Shown here in pieces: positions 55,611 through 64,000 of a stretch of DNA of 64,000 nucleotides; positions within the stretch are counted from its first letter, which is position 1, and each line of letters starts with the position of its first letter. The stretch comes from Acidobacteriota bacterium (GTDB lineage: Bacteria > Acidobacteriota > Vicinamibacteria > Vicinamibacterales > 2-12-FULL-66-21). The notes under the pieces are model-generated. The model had not been told where the DNA came from and ran no database searches. It worked only from the letters and a program-made list of their open reading frames with translations. The stretch spans positions 8,443-72,442 of the forward strand of contig JANMCN010000133.1 of NCBI GenBank assembly GCA_031361295.1. The letters are read 5' to 3'. The position numbers and the translations under genes were made by a program.

Positions 55611-56744
55611 CTACAGCTCACGAAGGCGTGCATGGACGACCTGGCCCCCGCGCGTCAGCAACGTTTCGCGCGTAATTTCGTCCTCGAGGTTCAGCGTGAG
55701 CTCGCGCTGCTGCGCGCCGTCCTTGCCGAGCAGGTGTGCCAGGAACGTGGTGATGTTCTTCGAGTACATCTGGCTTGCGTGGTACGGCACGAGCGCGGGC
55801 GGGTTGGAAGGACCGAGAACCGTGACGCCCCGGTGGACCACGACCTCGTCAGGCCGGGTCAGCTCGCAGTTCCCGCCACGCTCGGCTGCGAGATCGACGA
55901 TGACCGACCCGGGCGGCATCGCTTCCACCATCTCGGCGGTGAGCAAAATCGGGGCCCTCTGCCCGGGAATCAGCGCGGTGGTGATGACGACGTCGCTCGC
56001 GGCGACGACCTTCAACATCATCTCGCGCTGCCGCCGGTAGAACCCTTCATCCTGCGCCTTCGCGTATCCGCCACTGTCTTCCGCGTCTCCGGATTCCAGC
56101 GGCAGTTCGACGAAACGGGCGCCGAGGCTCTGCACCTGTTCCTTGACGGCGGGCCGGACGTCGTACGCCTCGACCTTGGCGCCGAGGCGTCGTGCGGTTG
56201 AAATCGCCTGCAGCCCCGCGACGCCGGCGCCCATGATGAAGACGCGCGCCGGCGACACCGTGCCGGCAGCCGTCATGAGCATCGGGAACATGCGAGGAAG
56301 CGTGTTGGCTGCGAGCAGCACGGCCTTGTATCCGGCGACAGTCGCCATCGACGAAAGCGCGTCCATGCTCTGCGCGCGCGTGATCCGCGGCATGAGCTCC
56401 ATCGAGAGGAGCGTGGCGCCGGTCGCCGCCAGCGCGCGGACCGCGTCCGGCGCGCCCAGCGGGTCGGCGAAGCCGATGACGGCCTGGCCTGTGCGGAGCA
56501 GTGCCGGCTGGCCGGGTGTGGCGCGCACCTGCAGGAGGACGTCCGCGCTCCCGAACACCTCGGCCCGGCTGACGACGGCCGCGCCCTGCCCGCGATACGC
56601 CTCGTCTGTGAAGCCCGCGGCCGTTCCGGCGTCCTGCTCGACCGCGACCTCGAGACCCGCCTTGCTGAGTGTGGCCACGGCGGCCGGCACGACCGCCACG
56701 CGTGTTTCTCCAGGCCACGTCTCTTTCGGAATGCCGACCTTCAT
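55611..56744 (-). CDS. pntA: NAD(P) transhydrogenase subunit alpha, soluble dI part
   Basis: PRITRAQSMD, GAGVAGLQA, GGYAK, DLAAERGGNC; no TM tail. Confidence 0.92.
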   Translation of the reverse strand: MKVGIPKETWPGETRVAVVPAAVATLSKAGLEVAVEQDAGTAAGFTDEAYRGQGAAVVSRAEVFGSADVLLQVRATPGQPALLRTGQAVIGFADPLGAPDAVRALAATGATLLSMELMPRITRAQSMDALSSMATVAGYKAVLLAANTLPRMFPMLMTAAGTVSPARVFIMGAGVAGLQAISTARRLGAKVEAYDVRPAVKEQVQSLGARFVELPLESGDAEDSGGYAKAQDEGFYRRQREMMLKVVAASDVVITTALIPGQRAPILLTAEMVEAMPPGSVIVDLAAERGGNCELTRPDEVVVHRGVTVLGPSNPPALVPYHASQMYSKNITTFLAHLLGKDGAQQRELTLNLEDEITRETLLTRGGQVVHARLREL

Positions 56745-56776
56745 GCGTGAGATTTTATGCGATTTGCCCGGCCGGA

Positions 56777-58486
56777 TTATTTCTTCAGCCAATCAGCTAT
56801 TGCGGCGGCGACGGCAGGCACGACGGTCTTCTCGGTGAGGCTGGAGTACTCCGATACCTCTCCCGTCGCGGCTGGCACGAGCAGATGGTTCACGCCGGGG
56901 AGGTGCACCAGTTCGACTGGGGCCGCTTGTTTCCTAGCGCGCGCGAGCTGCGCGAGCGCATCGGCATTGGCGGGAGGCACCTGGGTGTCGAGGTCCCCCT
57001 GGATGATGAGAATGGGCTGTTTCACCCTCGGCATCACTTTCGCCGGGTCGAACAGCAGGAGGCTTCGGAACCAGGGCGAATCCGCCTGATCGCGGAGCGG
57101 CTGGGGCACGCCCTCCCATCCCTTTTCCGCGATCACGGCAGCCTGAATCTTCTGCTGCAGCTCGATCTTGGACTGGCGCTCGGCATCAGGCGTCTTCATC
57201 AGGTCGAGCATGTGTCGCTGCTGTTCGAGAATGAGCTCCGTGCCGGGACGCCCCGGCGCCGACATGAGCACGAGGCGGGCAATCTTGTGTTCGTGCGCAG
57301 CGGCAAGCATCGCGACGGCCCCGCCTTCGCTGTGCCCGGCGACCGCGATGCGCCTCGGGTCGACGTCCGGGCGCGCAGCCATCCACTTCGCGGCCAGCAC
57401 CAGGTCGTCCGCATAATCCTGCAGCGTCACGCGCTCGCTTCTGCCGCCGCTCTGGCCGACGCCCCGCTTGTCGTACCGAAGAACGATGAACCCCTGCGCG
57501 GCCAGCGATCCGGCGAGCTGCGCGAAAATCGGGATGCCGGCCACCAGTTCGTCGCGCTCGACCTGCCCGGACCCGGCGACCAGCACCACCGCGGGGCTGC
57601 GCAGCCGCCCGACGCCGGCCGGCATCGTCAGCGTGCCGGCGAGATTGAAGCCCGCCGCTGGGATGATGACGTCGGCGTCCGTCGGATTTCGAATGGGCTG
57701 CGAACGTGTGGAGACCGCCGCCAGATCGGAACGAATCAACCTCACTCCTGCGGCCGGTATCTCGAGACGCAGCAGGCGACCGCGCGGGTCGATGGCCGCC
57801 GTCGCATCGAGGGCGCCGCCGGGGTTTTGAATCGTGAGGCTGTAAACCCTGGTCGCAATCGCGCCGGCAGGGCTGCCAAGCGCCTCGTCCACCACGGATT
57901 TCACGTTGACCTTCACCTCGGCGGCCGGGGCCACGTATACCGGCACGTCGGTGCCCGGGGCCGTGTCGAGCAGCCGCGCGGCCAGCACCACGTACCCCGC
58001 GTAGAAATTGTTGGGGAGCACGATGGTTCGCGCAGAGATCTGGTCGGTCTTCGAGCTGCTGACGCCGTTCTGGGTGATGACGCTGGTTGCCGTGGTGACG
58101 CCGAAGGAGGTCGTGAGCGCAAACGTCCGGCCAGGTTGCGTGGCTTCGATGTGCAGATCAGTCGGCTGCCAGTCGGCCGTGTATTTGAGCTCGAAACGAT
58201 TCAACGTCACATTGACGGGGGGCCCGAACTGCCCTGTCGACGAGATGATCCGCGCCGAGCCCGCGCGGGCCACACGGACCTGCTCGGTCCCGACATGCCT
58301 GCCGCCCAGAAAGAGCGTGAACTCGGATTCCCCCTCGATCGAGGCGCCGGCACCCGGCGCCGCTGGAGCGCTTCCCGGGGCCGGCGGCCGGGCCGCGGTG
58401 TCCTGTGCGGCGTCCGCGCGGACGGCCGGGGCGCCGCTGATTAGGATGGCCAGCGACGCAACGGTACAATATCGGGACAGCTGCAT
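56777..58486 (-). CDS. Exported alpha/beta hydrolase with N-terminal beta-rich domain
   Basis: Signal peptide; RYDKRG, GHSEG, GDLD, NHLL. Confidence 0.88.
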   Translation of the reverse strand: MQLSRYCTVASLAILISGAPAVRADAAQDTAARPPAPGSAPAAPGAGASIEGESEFTLFLGGRHVGTEQVRVARAGSARIISSTGQFGPPVNVTLNRFELKYTADWQPTDLHIEATQPGRTFALTTSFGVTTATSVITQNGVSSSKTDQISARTIVLPNNFYAGYVVLAARLLDTAPGTDVPVYVAPAAEVKVNVKSVVDEALGSPAGAIATRVYSLTIQNPGGALDATAAIDPRGRLLRLEIPAAGVRLIRSDLAAVSTRSQPIRNPTDADVIIPAAGFNLAGTLTMPAGVGRLRSPAVVLVAGSGQVERDELVAGIPIFAQLAGSLAAQGFIVLRYDKRGVGQSGGRSERVTLQDYADDLVLAAKWMAARPDVDPRRIAVAGHSEGGAVAMLAAAHEHKIARLVLMSAPGRPGTELILEQQRHMLDLMKTPDAERQSKIELQQKIQAAVIAEKGWEGVPQPLRDQADSPWFRSLLLFDPAKVMPRVKQPILIIQGDLDTQVPPANADALAQLARARKQAAPVELVHLPGVNHLLVPAATGEVSEYSSLTEKTVVPAVAAAIADWLKK

Positions 58487-58512
58487 CCTGTCAGGATACC
58501 AGTAACCTCTCC

Positions 58513-59523
58513 ATGTCTTCAGCCGACGAGTACCGGGCGATCCGCCAGGGAGCCGCCATCATCGACGTCACGGCGTCGCGCGGGCGCCTCCTTCTCACCG
58601 GTGCCGACCGCCGCAGTTACCTGCAGGGGCTTCTCACCAACGACATTGTCGCGCTGACGCCGGGAACCGGGTGCTACTCCGCTTACCTGACGGCGCAGGG
58701 CCGGATGATCGCCGACATGCGCGTTTTCGAGCTTGGCGACGCACTGCTGGTCGATCTCGATGCATCAGTCGCCGCGCCGGTCCTCGGCAAGTGGGACATG
58801 TTCATCTTCAGTGAAGACGTCCGGATCGAGGATCGCTCCGGTGCCACGAGTCAGCTGGGGATCTACGGTCCGTGCGCCGCGCAGGTGCTGTCGGCCGCGC
58901 TCCCCGAAACAGATGTGTCCCGCGAGGCAACGTCCCGGCAGGTTGACGCCATGCCGCTGTACGCCAGCGCACGCCGTCCGTTCGGCCAGGATGCCATCAT
59001 CATCCTTCGCAGCGACGAGCCCGGCGTACCGGGATTCGATCTGGTGATTCCCCAGGCGGCCGCAGGTGCGCTGATGACGGCGCTCGTTGCGGCTGGCGGA
59101 GTCGGCGTGAGCGCTGACACGATCGATGTCTGCCGCGTCGAGTCGGGGCGCCCGCGCTTCGGTGTCGACATGACGGAGGACACGATCCCGCTCGAAGCCG
59201 GCATCGAGGACCGGGCAATCAGCCTGACGAAGGGGTGCTATGTCGGTCAGGAGATCATCATCCGCGTGCTGCATCGCGGCCACGGGCGGGTTGCACGGCG
59301 GCTGGTCGGCCTCGCGATCGCAGGCTCGGAAGCGGTTCCCCCGCGCGGTGCGGCGGTACACGCGGTCGATCGCGAGATCGGGTCCGTCACGAGTGCCGTT
59401 CTGTCTCCTGGGCGTGGCCACGTGATCGCGCTGGCGTACGTCCACCGGGACTTCACGGCGCCCGGAACGCCGGTGCGCGTCAACCAGGCGGCCGCCACAG
59501 TGTCGGCAGTGCCGTTCGTCTGA
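58513..59523 (+). CDS. ygfZ: YgfZ/GcvT family folate-binding protein
   Basis: KGCYVGQE motif. Confidence 0.88.
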   Translation: MSSADEYRAIRQGAAIIDVTASRGRLLLTGADRRSYLQGLLTNDIVALTPGTGCYSAYLTAQGRMIADMRVFELGDALLVDLDASVAAPVLGKWDMFIFSEDVRIEDRSGATSQLGIYGPCAAQVLSAALPETDVSREATSRQVDAMPLYASARRPFGQDAIIILRSDEPGVPGFDLVIPQAAAGALMTALVAAGGVGVSADTIDVCRVESGRPRFGVDMTEDTIPLEAGIEDRAISLTKGCYVGQEIIIRVLHRGHGRVARRLVGLAIAGSEAVPPRGAAVHAVDREIGSVTSAVLSPGRGHVIALAYVHRDFTAPGTPVRVNQAAATVSAVPFV

Positions 59524-59529
59524 CGCGCG

Positions 59530-60792
59530 GTGGCTCCGGGACCCTCTCCCGTCGTCATCCTGCTGCTGCAGCTTCTCGTCATCCTGGCGGCGGGACGCGC
59601 CATCGGATGGTTGTTTCGACGGGCCGGCCAGACGGCTGTGATCGGCGAGATGCTCGCGGGAGTACTGCTGGGGCCGTCGCTGCTCGGCCGCGCCCTGCCG
59701 AACGCCGAAGGATTTCTCTTCCCCGCCTCGTCGATGGCTGCCCTTCATCTCGTCAGCCAGCTCGGCGTCGTCCTCTTCATGTTCGTGGTGGGGATGGAGC
59801 TCGATCTCCCCGGGCTGCGACACCGGGCGCGAGCGACGGTGATCATCAGCAACGTCGGGATCGTGGTGCCGTTCTGCCTCGGCGCGCTCCTGGCGGTGCG
59901 TCTGTACGAGGCCTATGCGCCCGCCGGGGTCAGTCTCGCGACGTTTGCACTCTTCTGCGGCGTGGCCATGAGCATCACCGCGTTTCCCGTGCTGGCGCGC
60001 ATCATTTCCGAACGCGGGCTTTCGGGAACGCCGCTTGGCACGACCGGTCTCGGATGCGCCGCCATGGCAGACGTCACCGCGTGGTGCCTCCTCGCGATCG
60101 TGCTCGCCGTCGGACGGGGATCGGGCGTGGGCGCGCCGATTGTCGCGGGTCTCTGCGCAGCCCTCATCGCGCTCGTCGTGCTGCGGGGAGTCCGCCCGCA
60201 CGCCGTCCGTCTCTTCGGATCGACGCGGGAGATTGTCGCGCCTCCGGCGCTGCTCTCCCTGATTCTGGTGTTCCTGTTCGTCATGGCGCTCCTCACGGAG
60301 CTCATCGGGATTCACGCGATTTTCGGCGCCTTCCTCGCCGGGATGGCCGTCGGGGGCGCCGCCGATCTCCGGGATCCCGTTCGCCGCGCGGTCGAACCGC
60401 TCGCGGCGGCGGTCCTGGTGCCGGTGTTCTTTGCCTATTCAGGCCTTCGCACGGAAATCGGCCTGGTCCACGGGCCGGCGGACTGGATTGTCTGCGGGGC
60501 CGTGATCGCCACAGCGGTCACTGGGAAGCTCGGCGGCACGGCGCTGGCCGCGCGGTGGACCGGCATGCCGTGGCGCGACGGGCTCGCGCTCGGCGCGCTG
60601 ATGAACACGCGAGGTCTGATGGAATTGATCGTCCTGAACGTCGGGTACGACCTGGACATCCTGTCGCCAGCGCTCTACACGATGATGGTCGTGATGGCGC
60701 TGGCGACGACGTGCATGACGGGGCCGCTGCTGGGAATCCTCTCGCCCCGTACCGTGACTCACCGGAGGTCGTCGGCTGATTTCGCGCCGTAG
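59530..60792 (+). CDS. Cation:proton antiporter (CPA2)
   Basis: SITAFPVLARI, LMNTRGL. Confidence 0.9.
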   Translation: MAPGPSPVVILLLQLLVILAAGRAIGWLFRRAGQTAVIGEMLAGVLLGPSLLGRALPNAEGFLFPASSMAALHLVSQLGVVLFMFVVGMELDLPGLRHRARATVIISNVGIVVPFCLGALLAVRLYEAYAPAGVSLATFALFCGVAMSITAFPVLARIISERGLSGTPLGTTGLGCAAMADVTAWCLLAIVLAVGRGSGVGAPIVAGLCAALIALVVLRGVRPHAVRLFGSTREIVAPPALLSLILVFLFVMALLTELIGIHAIFGAFLAGMAVGGAADLRDPVRRAVEPLAAAVLVPVFFAYSGLRTEIGLVHGPADWIVCGAVIATAVTGKLGGTALAARWTGMPWRDGLALGALMNTRGLMELIVLNVGYDLDILSPALYTMMVVMALATTCMTGPLLGILSPRTVTHRRSSADFAP

Positions 60793-61760
60793 AACTCGTA
60801 CCAGGGATGCGCGGCCGTCAGCCGTTCGTTGACGTTCTTGATGTTCTTGACACCTTCGTCCTCGAGCCACCGGCGGAACGCGTCTCCACCCTGCTTGCCG
60901 TAGACGGCGACGCCATTGGCCCAGGTCGCGCGTCCGCAGAGCACTCCCGAAAACCGGGTTCCCGCTTCGGCCGCGAGCTCGAGCGTCTCGCTGAATTCGG
61001 GATTGCTGACCCCGGCCGAGAGGTAGATGAACGGTTTGGTCGAAACGTCAGCGGAACGCCGGAAGTGGTCCATCGCTTCCTTCCGGGAATAGGCCGTCTG
61101 GCCGCCTGTCGACTTCGCTCCCTCGACGTACTTCATGTTGATGGGCACTTCGACCTTCATCACGTCCACCCCGTAGCGATCCTTCGTGAACTCCTGCATC
61201 GTCCTGATGACGAGGTCGGGCTTCTTCCTGGCGAACTCGAGGCTCTTCTCGTCGACGCCGTTCTCGTACACGATGAACTCGGCAAAGAACGGGATGTCGT
61301 TCGCGCGGCACTCGTCGCCGATACGCTCGACCCAGGCGTGCTTGCGGACATTGATGTCCTCGGTGTCAGTCGGCGCGTAGTAGAGCAGGATCTTGAGGCA
61401 GTCCGCTCCCGCTTCCTTGAGCCGCCGCACCGACCAGTTGTCGAGCAGGTCAGGCAGTCGGCCCGGCGTGCTGGCGTCGTAGCCGGTCTTTTCGTAGGCG
61501 AGCAGCAGCCCGGACCCTTTTGCGCGGCGCTTGCTGGCGGGAATGCCCCACTCGGGATCCAGCAGGATCGCGCTCGCGTACTGCGTCAGGACTTCGGTGA
61601 CGAGGGTCTTGAATTCCTCCATTTCCCGATCGCCGACGTCGGAGCCCTTTTCCTTGGCGAGCGACTTCTTGAGCGATCCCCGCTGATCCATTGCCGCCGC
61701 AGCGATCACGCCGCGCTCGTTCGAAACCGCCTTCATTCCCTCGAGCTTGCCTGGTGTCAT
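60759..61760 (-). CDS. lacD: Tagatose-1,6-bisphosphate aldolase (LacD family class I aldolase)
   Basis: AAMDQRGSL, LLDPE, YEKTGYD, KVEVP, YLSAGV, GVLCGRATW. Confidence 0.9.
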   Translation of the reverse strand: MTPGKLEGMKAVSNERGVIAAAAMDQRGSLKKSLAKEKGSDVGDREMEEFKTLVTEVLTQYASAILLDPEWGIPASKRRAKGSGLLLAYEKTGYDASTPGRLPDLLDNWSVRRLKEAGADCLKILLYYAPTDTEDINVRKHAWVERIGDECRANDIPFFAEFIVYENGVDEKSLEFARKKPDLVIRTMQEFTKDRYGVDVMKVEVPINMKYVEGAKSTGGQTAYSRKEAMDHFRRSADVSTKPFIYLSAGVSNPEFSETLELAAEAGTRFSGVLCGRATWANGVAVYGKQGGDAFRRWLEDEGVKNIKNVNERLTAAHPWYEFYGAKSADDLR

Positions 61761-61867
61761 TTTCACGATCGTCTCTTTTCCTGCCCTGAACTGAAATACC
61801 CGAATGATCGAAACCTGGACCCAAAACCCGAAACGTACACGCGGATCACCGAATGTCGGATAGCCCG

Positions 61868-63037
61868 CTATTTTAATACAGGAAACTCGAAGTCCTCCAC
61901 CTCCGCCGCCGTCACCGCGCCCTGCACGATGTCGTCGATCGGCAGCCCGGCCTCGGCACGCTCCACGTCGACGGCGCGCGCGCGCGTGGCGGGATGCCGC
62001 GGGGTGAAGAGGGTGCAGCAGTCCTGGTCCGGAATGATGGAAATCGTGTACGACCCGAGCCGTTCCGCTTCGGCAACGATTTCCTCCTTGTCCATTCCGA
62101 TGAGCGGGCGGAGCACCGGCATCGAGACCACGCTGTTGATCAGCGTCAGGTTCTCGAGTGTCTGCGAGGCGACCTGGCCGACGACCTCTCCGGTGACGAG
62201 CGCCTGAGCGCGACCGTGGCGGGCGATCTGTTCGGCGATGCGCATCATGAACCGCCGATAAATCACCACACGCAGCGGGGGTGCCACAGCCAGCACAATC
62301 TGCTGCTGAATCTCGCCGAAGGGCACCAGGAAGAGCCTCGAATGGAGCTGAAAGCGCGCCAGCAGCTTCGCGAGCTCGCGGGTCTTTTCGACCGAGGCGC
62401 GCGACAGGATCGGATAGCTGTGGAAGTGCACGAAAATGACCCGGCAGCCGCGCCGCATCAATCGCCACGCCGCGACAGGTGAGTCGATTCCCCCCGACAA
62501 CAGGCAGACGACTCGCCCGCCGACGCCGACGGGCATGCCTCCGGCCCCGTGTTCCCGGCCGAAGGAATAGAACGCCTCGTCGGTCAGGAGCTCGACGTGG
62601 ATGGTGAGCTCCGGGTGATCGAGGTCGACCGCCCATCCGCGGGCCACCTTGATCTGGCCTCCGATCTCCCGCTCGATCGCCGGCGATGTGAGCGGAAAGC
62701 GCTTGTCCGCACGGCGGGCGGACACGCGAAACGTGCGCGGCTCGCGATCGCCGAGATCGTTCAGGATCTGGCTGGCGATGGCATCGAGATCGAGGGGCGC
62801 TCTCCCGGCCTGCGCGAAGTTGGCGATGCCGAAGACGCGCGAGACGCGGTCCCGGACAGCCTCCCAGTCCGAGTCCTCGCCCAGGACGAGCTCAATCCGG
62901 CCGACCAGCGCCCGAATGTCGCGCACCCGCAGGTCGGCGGTCGCCGCCTTCAGGTTCCGCACGAGGCGTGCGACGAACCAGGGGCGGTTCTTCCCCTTGA
63001 GCGCAATTTCCTGGTAGTGCAGGACGATGGACTTCAT
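61868..63037 (-). CDS. thiI: tRNA 4-thiouridine synthase
   Basis: EIALKGKNR, THUMP domain, SGGIDS PP-loop, GQVASQT, DCC. Confidence 0.95.
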   Translation of the reverse strand: MKSIVLHYQEIALKGKNRPWFVARLVRNLKAATADLRVRDIRALVGRIELVLGEDSDWEAVRDRVSRVFGIANFAQAGRAPLDLDAIASQILNDLGDREPRTFRVSARRADKRFPLTSPAIEREIGGQIKVARGWAVDLDHPELTIHVELLTDEAFYSFGREHGAGGMPVGVGGRVVCLLSGGIDSPVAAWRLMRRGCRVIFVHFHSYPILSRASVEKTRELAKLLARFQLHSRLFLVPFGEIQQQIVLAVAPPLRVVIYRRFMMRIAEQIARHGRAQALVTGEVVGQVASQTLENLTLINSVVSMPVLRPLIGMDKEEIVAEAERLGSYTISIIPDQDCCTLFTPRHPATRARAVDVERAEAGLPIDDIVQGAVTAAEVEDFEFPVLK

Positions 63038-63090
63038 GAACGGCTGAACGCTGACGTGTGAAGGCTGAAGTGTAAGTCTGAACGGAACGG
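63036..63090. repeat. Degenerate heptamer array (CTGAAG/CTGAAC)
   Basis: atgaacg gctgaac gctgacg tgtgaag gctgaag tgtaagt ctgaacg. Confidence 0.6.
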
Positions 63091-63098
63091 AGTTTTTT

Positions 63099-64000
63099 TC
63101 AGCCGTGTACCAACTCAGCGGCCAGGTGCCCGCTCACCACGGCACTTTCGATCGTTCCGGGCAGGCCGGTGTCGATCCAGTCGCCAGCCAGATACAGACC
63201 TTGTACGGGCGTTGCGGTGCCCGGCCGGACCGGCTGCCCTGGTGCGAGCGAGAACGTCGCCTGCTTCTCTCGCACGACCGTCGCGCGCACCAGCCTCGCG
63301 TCACGCGCCGCTGGCAGCGCCTGCTCCACCTCCAGGGCGGCCAGAGAGGTGAGCTCGTCGCTCCCGAGCGACGCCAGCCGTGTCGCGCCGCTCGACACGA
63401 GCGACAGATGGGACGCGTCACCGCCGAACGCCAGCCGCTTGTCGAACATCCACTGCATTTCGCGCCCCGGCAGTCCGACGAACAGCTCGTCCATCACGTG
63501 GCGGTCGTACCAGAGGTTGACGGTCACGATCGGCATCGATTCCATGGACGTGGCGAGGGTGATGAGGGGGCCGAGCTCAGGCGGCGGGGATGGACCGAAC
63601 ACGGTCCGGAGCGCGAACCACGGGACCGCGAGCACCACCCGTGGAGCATCAATTCGCTCCCCTCGCACCTCCACCCCGCGCACGCGGCCGTGTTCGACGA
63701 CGACGCGGGCCAGCGCGTTCACCCGGACGTCTCCTTCCCGGGCCCGGATGAAGTCACGCGCCGGCTCGGCATACATCTGGTGCAGCGGCTTCACCGGCAG
63801 CACCAGGGACGCCGCCGTCGGATCGGGTCCGAACATCTCCGCCAGCACGCGCACGAATGGCGCGGCGTCGGCGAGATCCGGCGACTGGTTCAGCGCCGCC
63901 ACCGCCAGGGGATCCCAGAGCCACGCCCGGAGCTTCGGACGCTGTCCATGCGCGATGAGCCACTCTGACACGGTGCCTGGCGGGATCGCCGAGACCCTTC
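63099..64000 (-). CDS. hpnE: Hydroxysqualene dehydroxylase HpnE-like FAD oxidoreductase (5' part outside window)
   Basis: LWDPLAVAALN, EKQATF, LAGDWIDTGLPGTIESAVVSG. Confidence 0.82.
   Translation of the reverse strand, partial: RVSAIPPGTVSEWLIAHGQRPKLRAWLWDPLAVAALNQSPDLADAAPFVRVLAEMFGPDPTAASLVLPVKPLHQMYAEPARDFIRAREGDVRVNALARVVVEHGRVRGVEVRGERIDAPRVVLAVPWFALRTVFGPSPPPELGPLITLATSMESMPIVTVNLWYDRHVMDELFVGLPGREMQWMFDKRLAFGGDASHLSLVSSGATRLASLGSDELTSLAALEVEQALPAARDARLVRATVVREKQATFSLAPGQPVRPGTATPVQGLYLAGDWIDTGLPGTIESAVVSGHLAAELVHG

Overview
GC-rich (~69%) bacterial chromosome segment. Gene content (DUF1800/DUF1501 pair, TPR Ser/Thr kinases, GQDLLEY Flp pilins, hpnE) suggests Acidobacteriota, probably Vicinamibacterales-like (inference). 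It holds housekeeping/metabolic genes, a DISARM-like SNF2 helicase plus N6-MTase pair, and a complete sigma-54-driven Tad pilus locus. The best candidate for an undescribed system is at 39784-46795 (- strand): an NtrC-type activator, a sigma-54 promoter, an RRE/radical SAM/SPASM maturase, three 28-31 aa peptide genes not called correctly by the ORF track (two near-identical, with a C-A-W core), an orphan peptide-binding lipoprotein and a translationally coupled sensor kinase. This layout suggests a self-inducing, RiPP-based, quorum-sensing-like circuit. Other points: several catalytically degenerate pseudo-enzymes, and dispersed 7-bp-periodic inverted-repeat elements. All calls come from reading motifs; no database searches were run.
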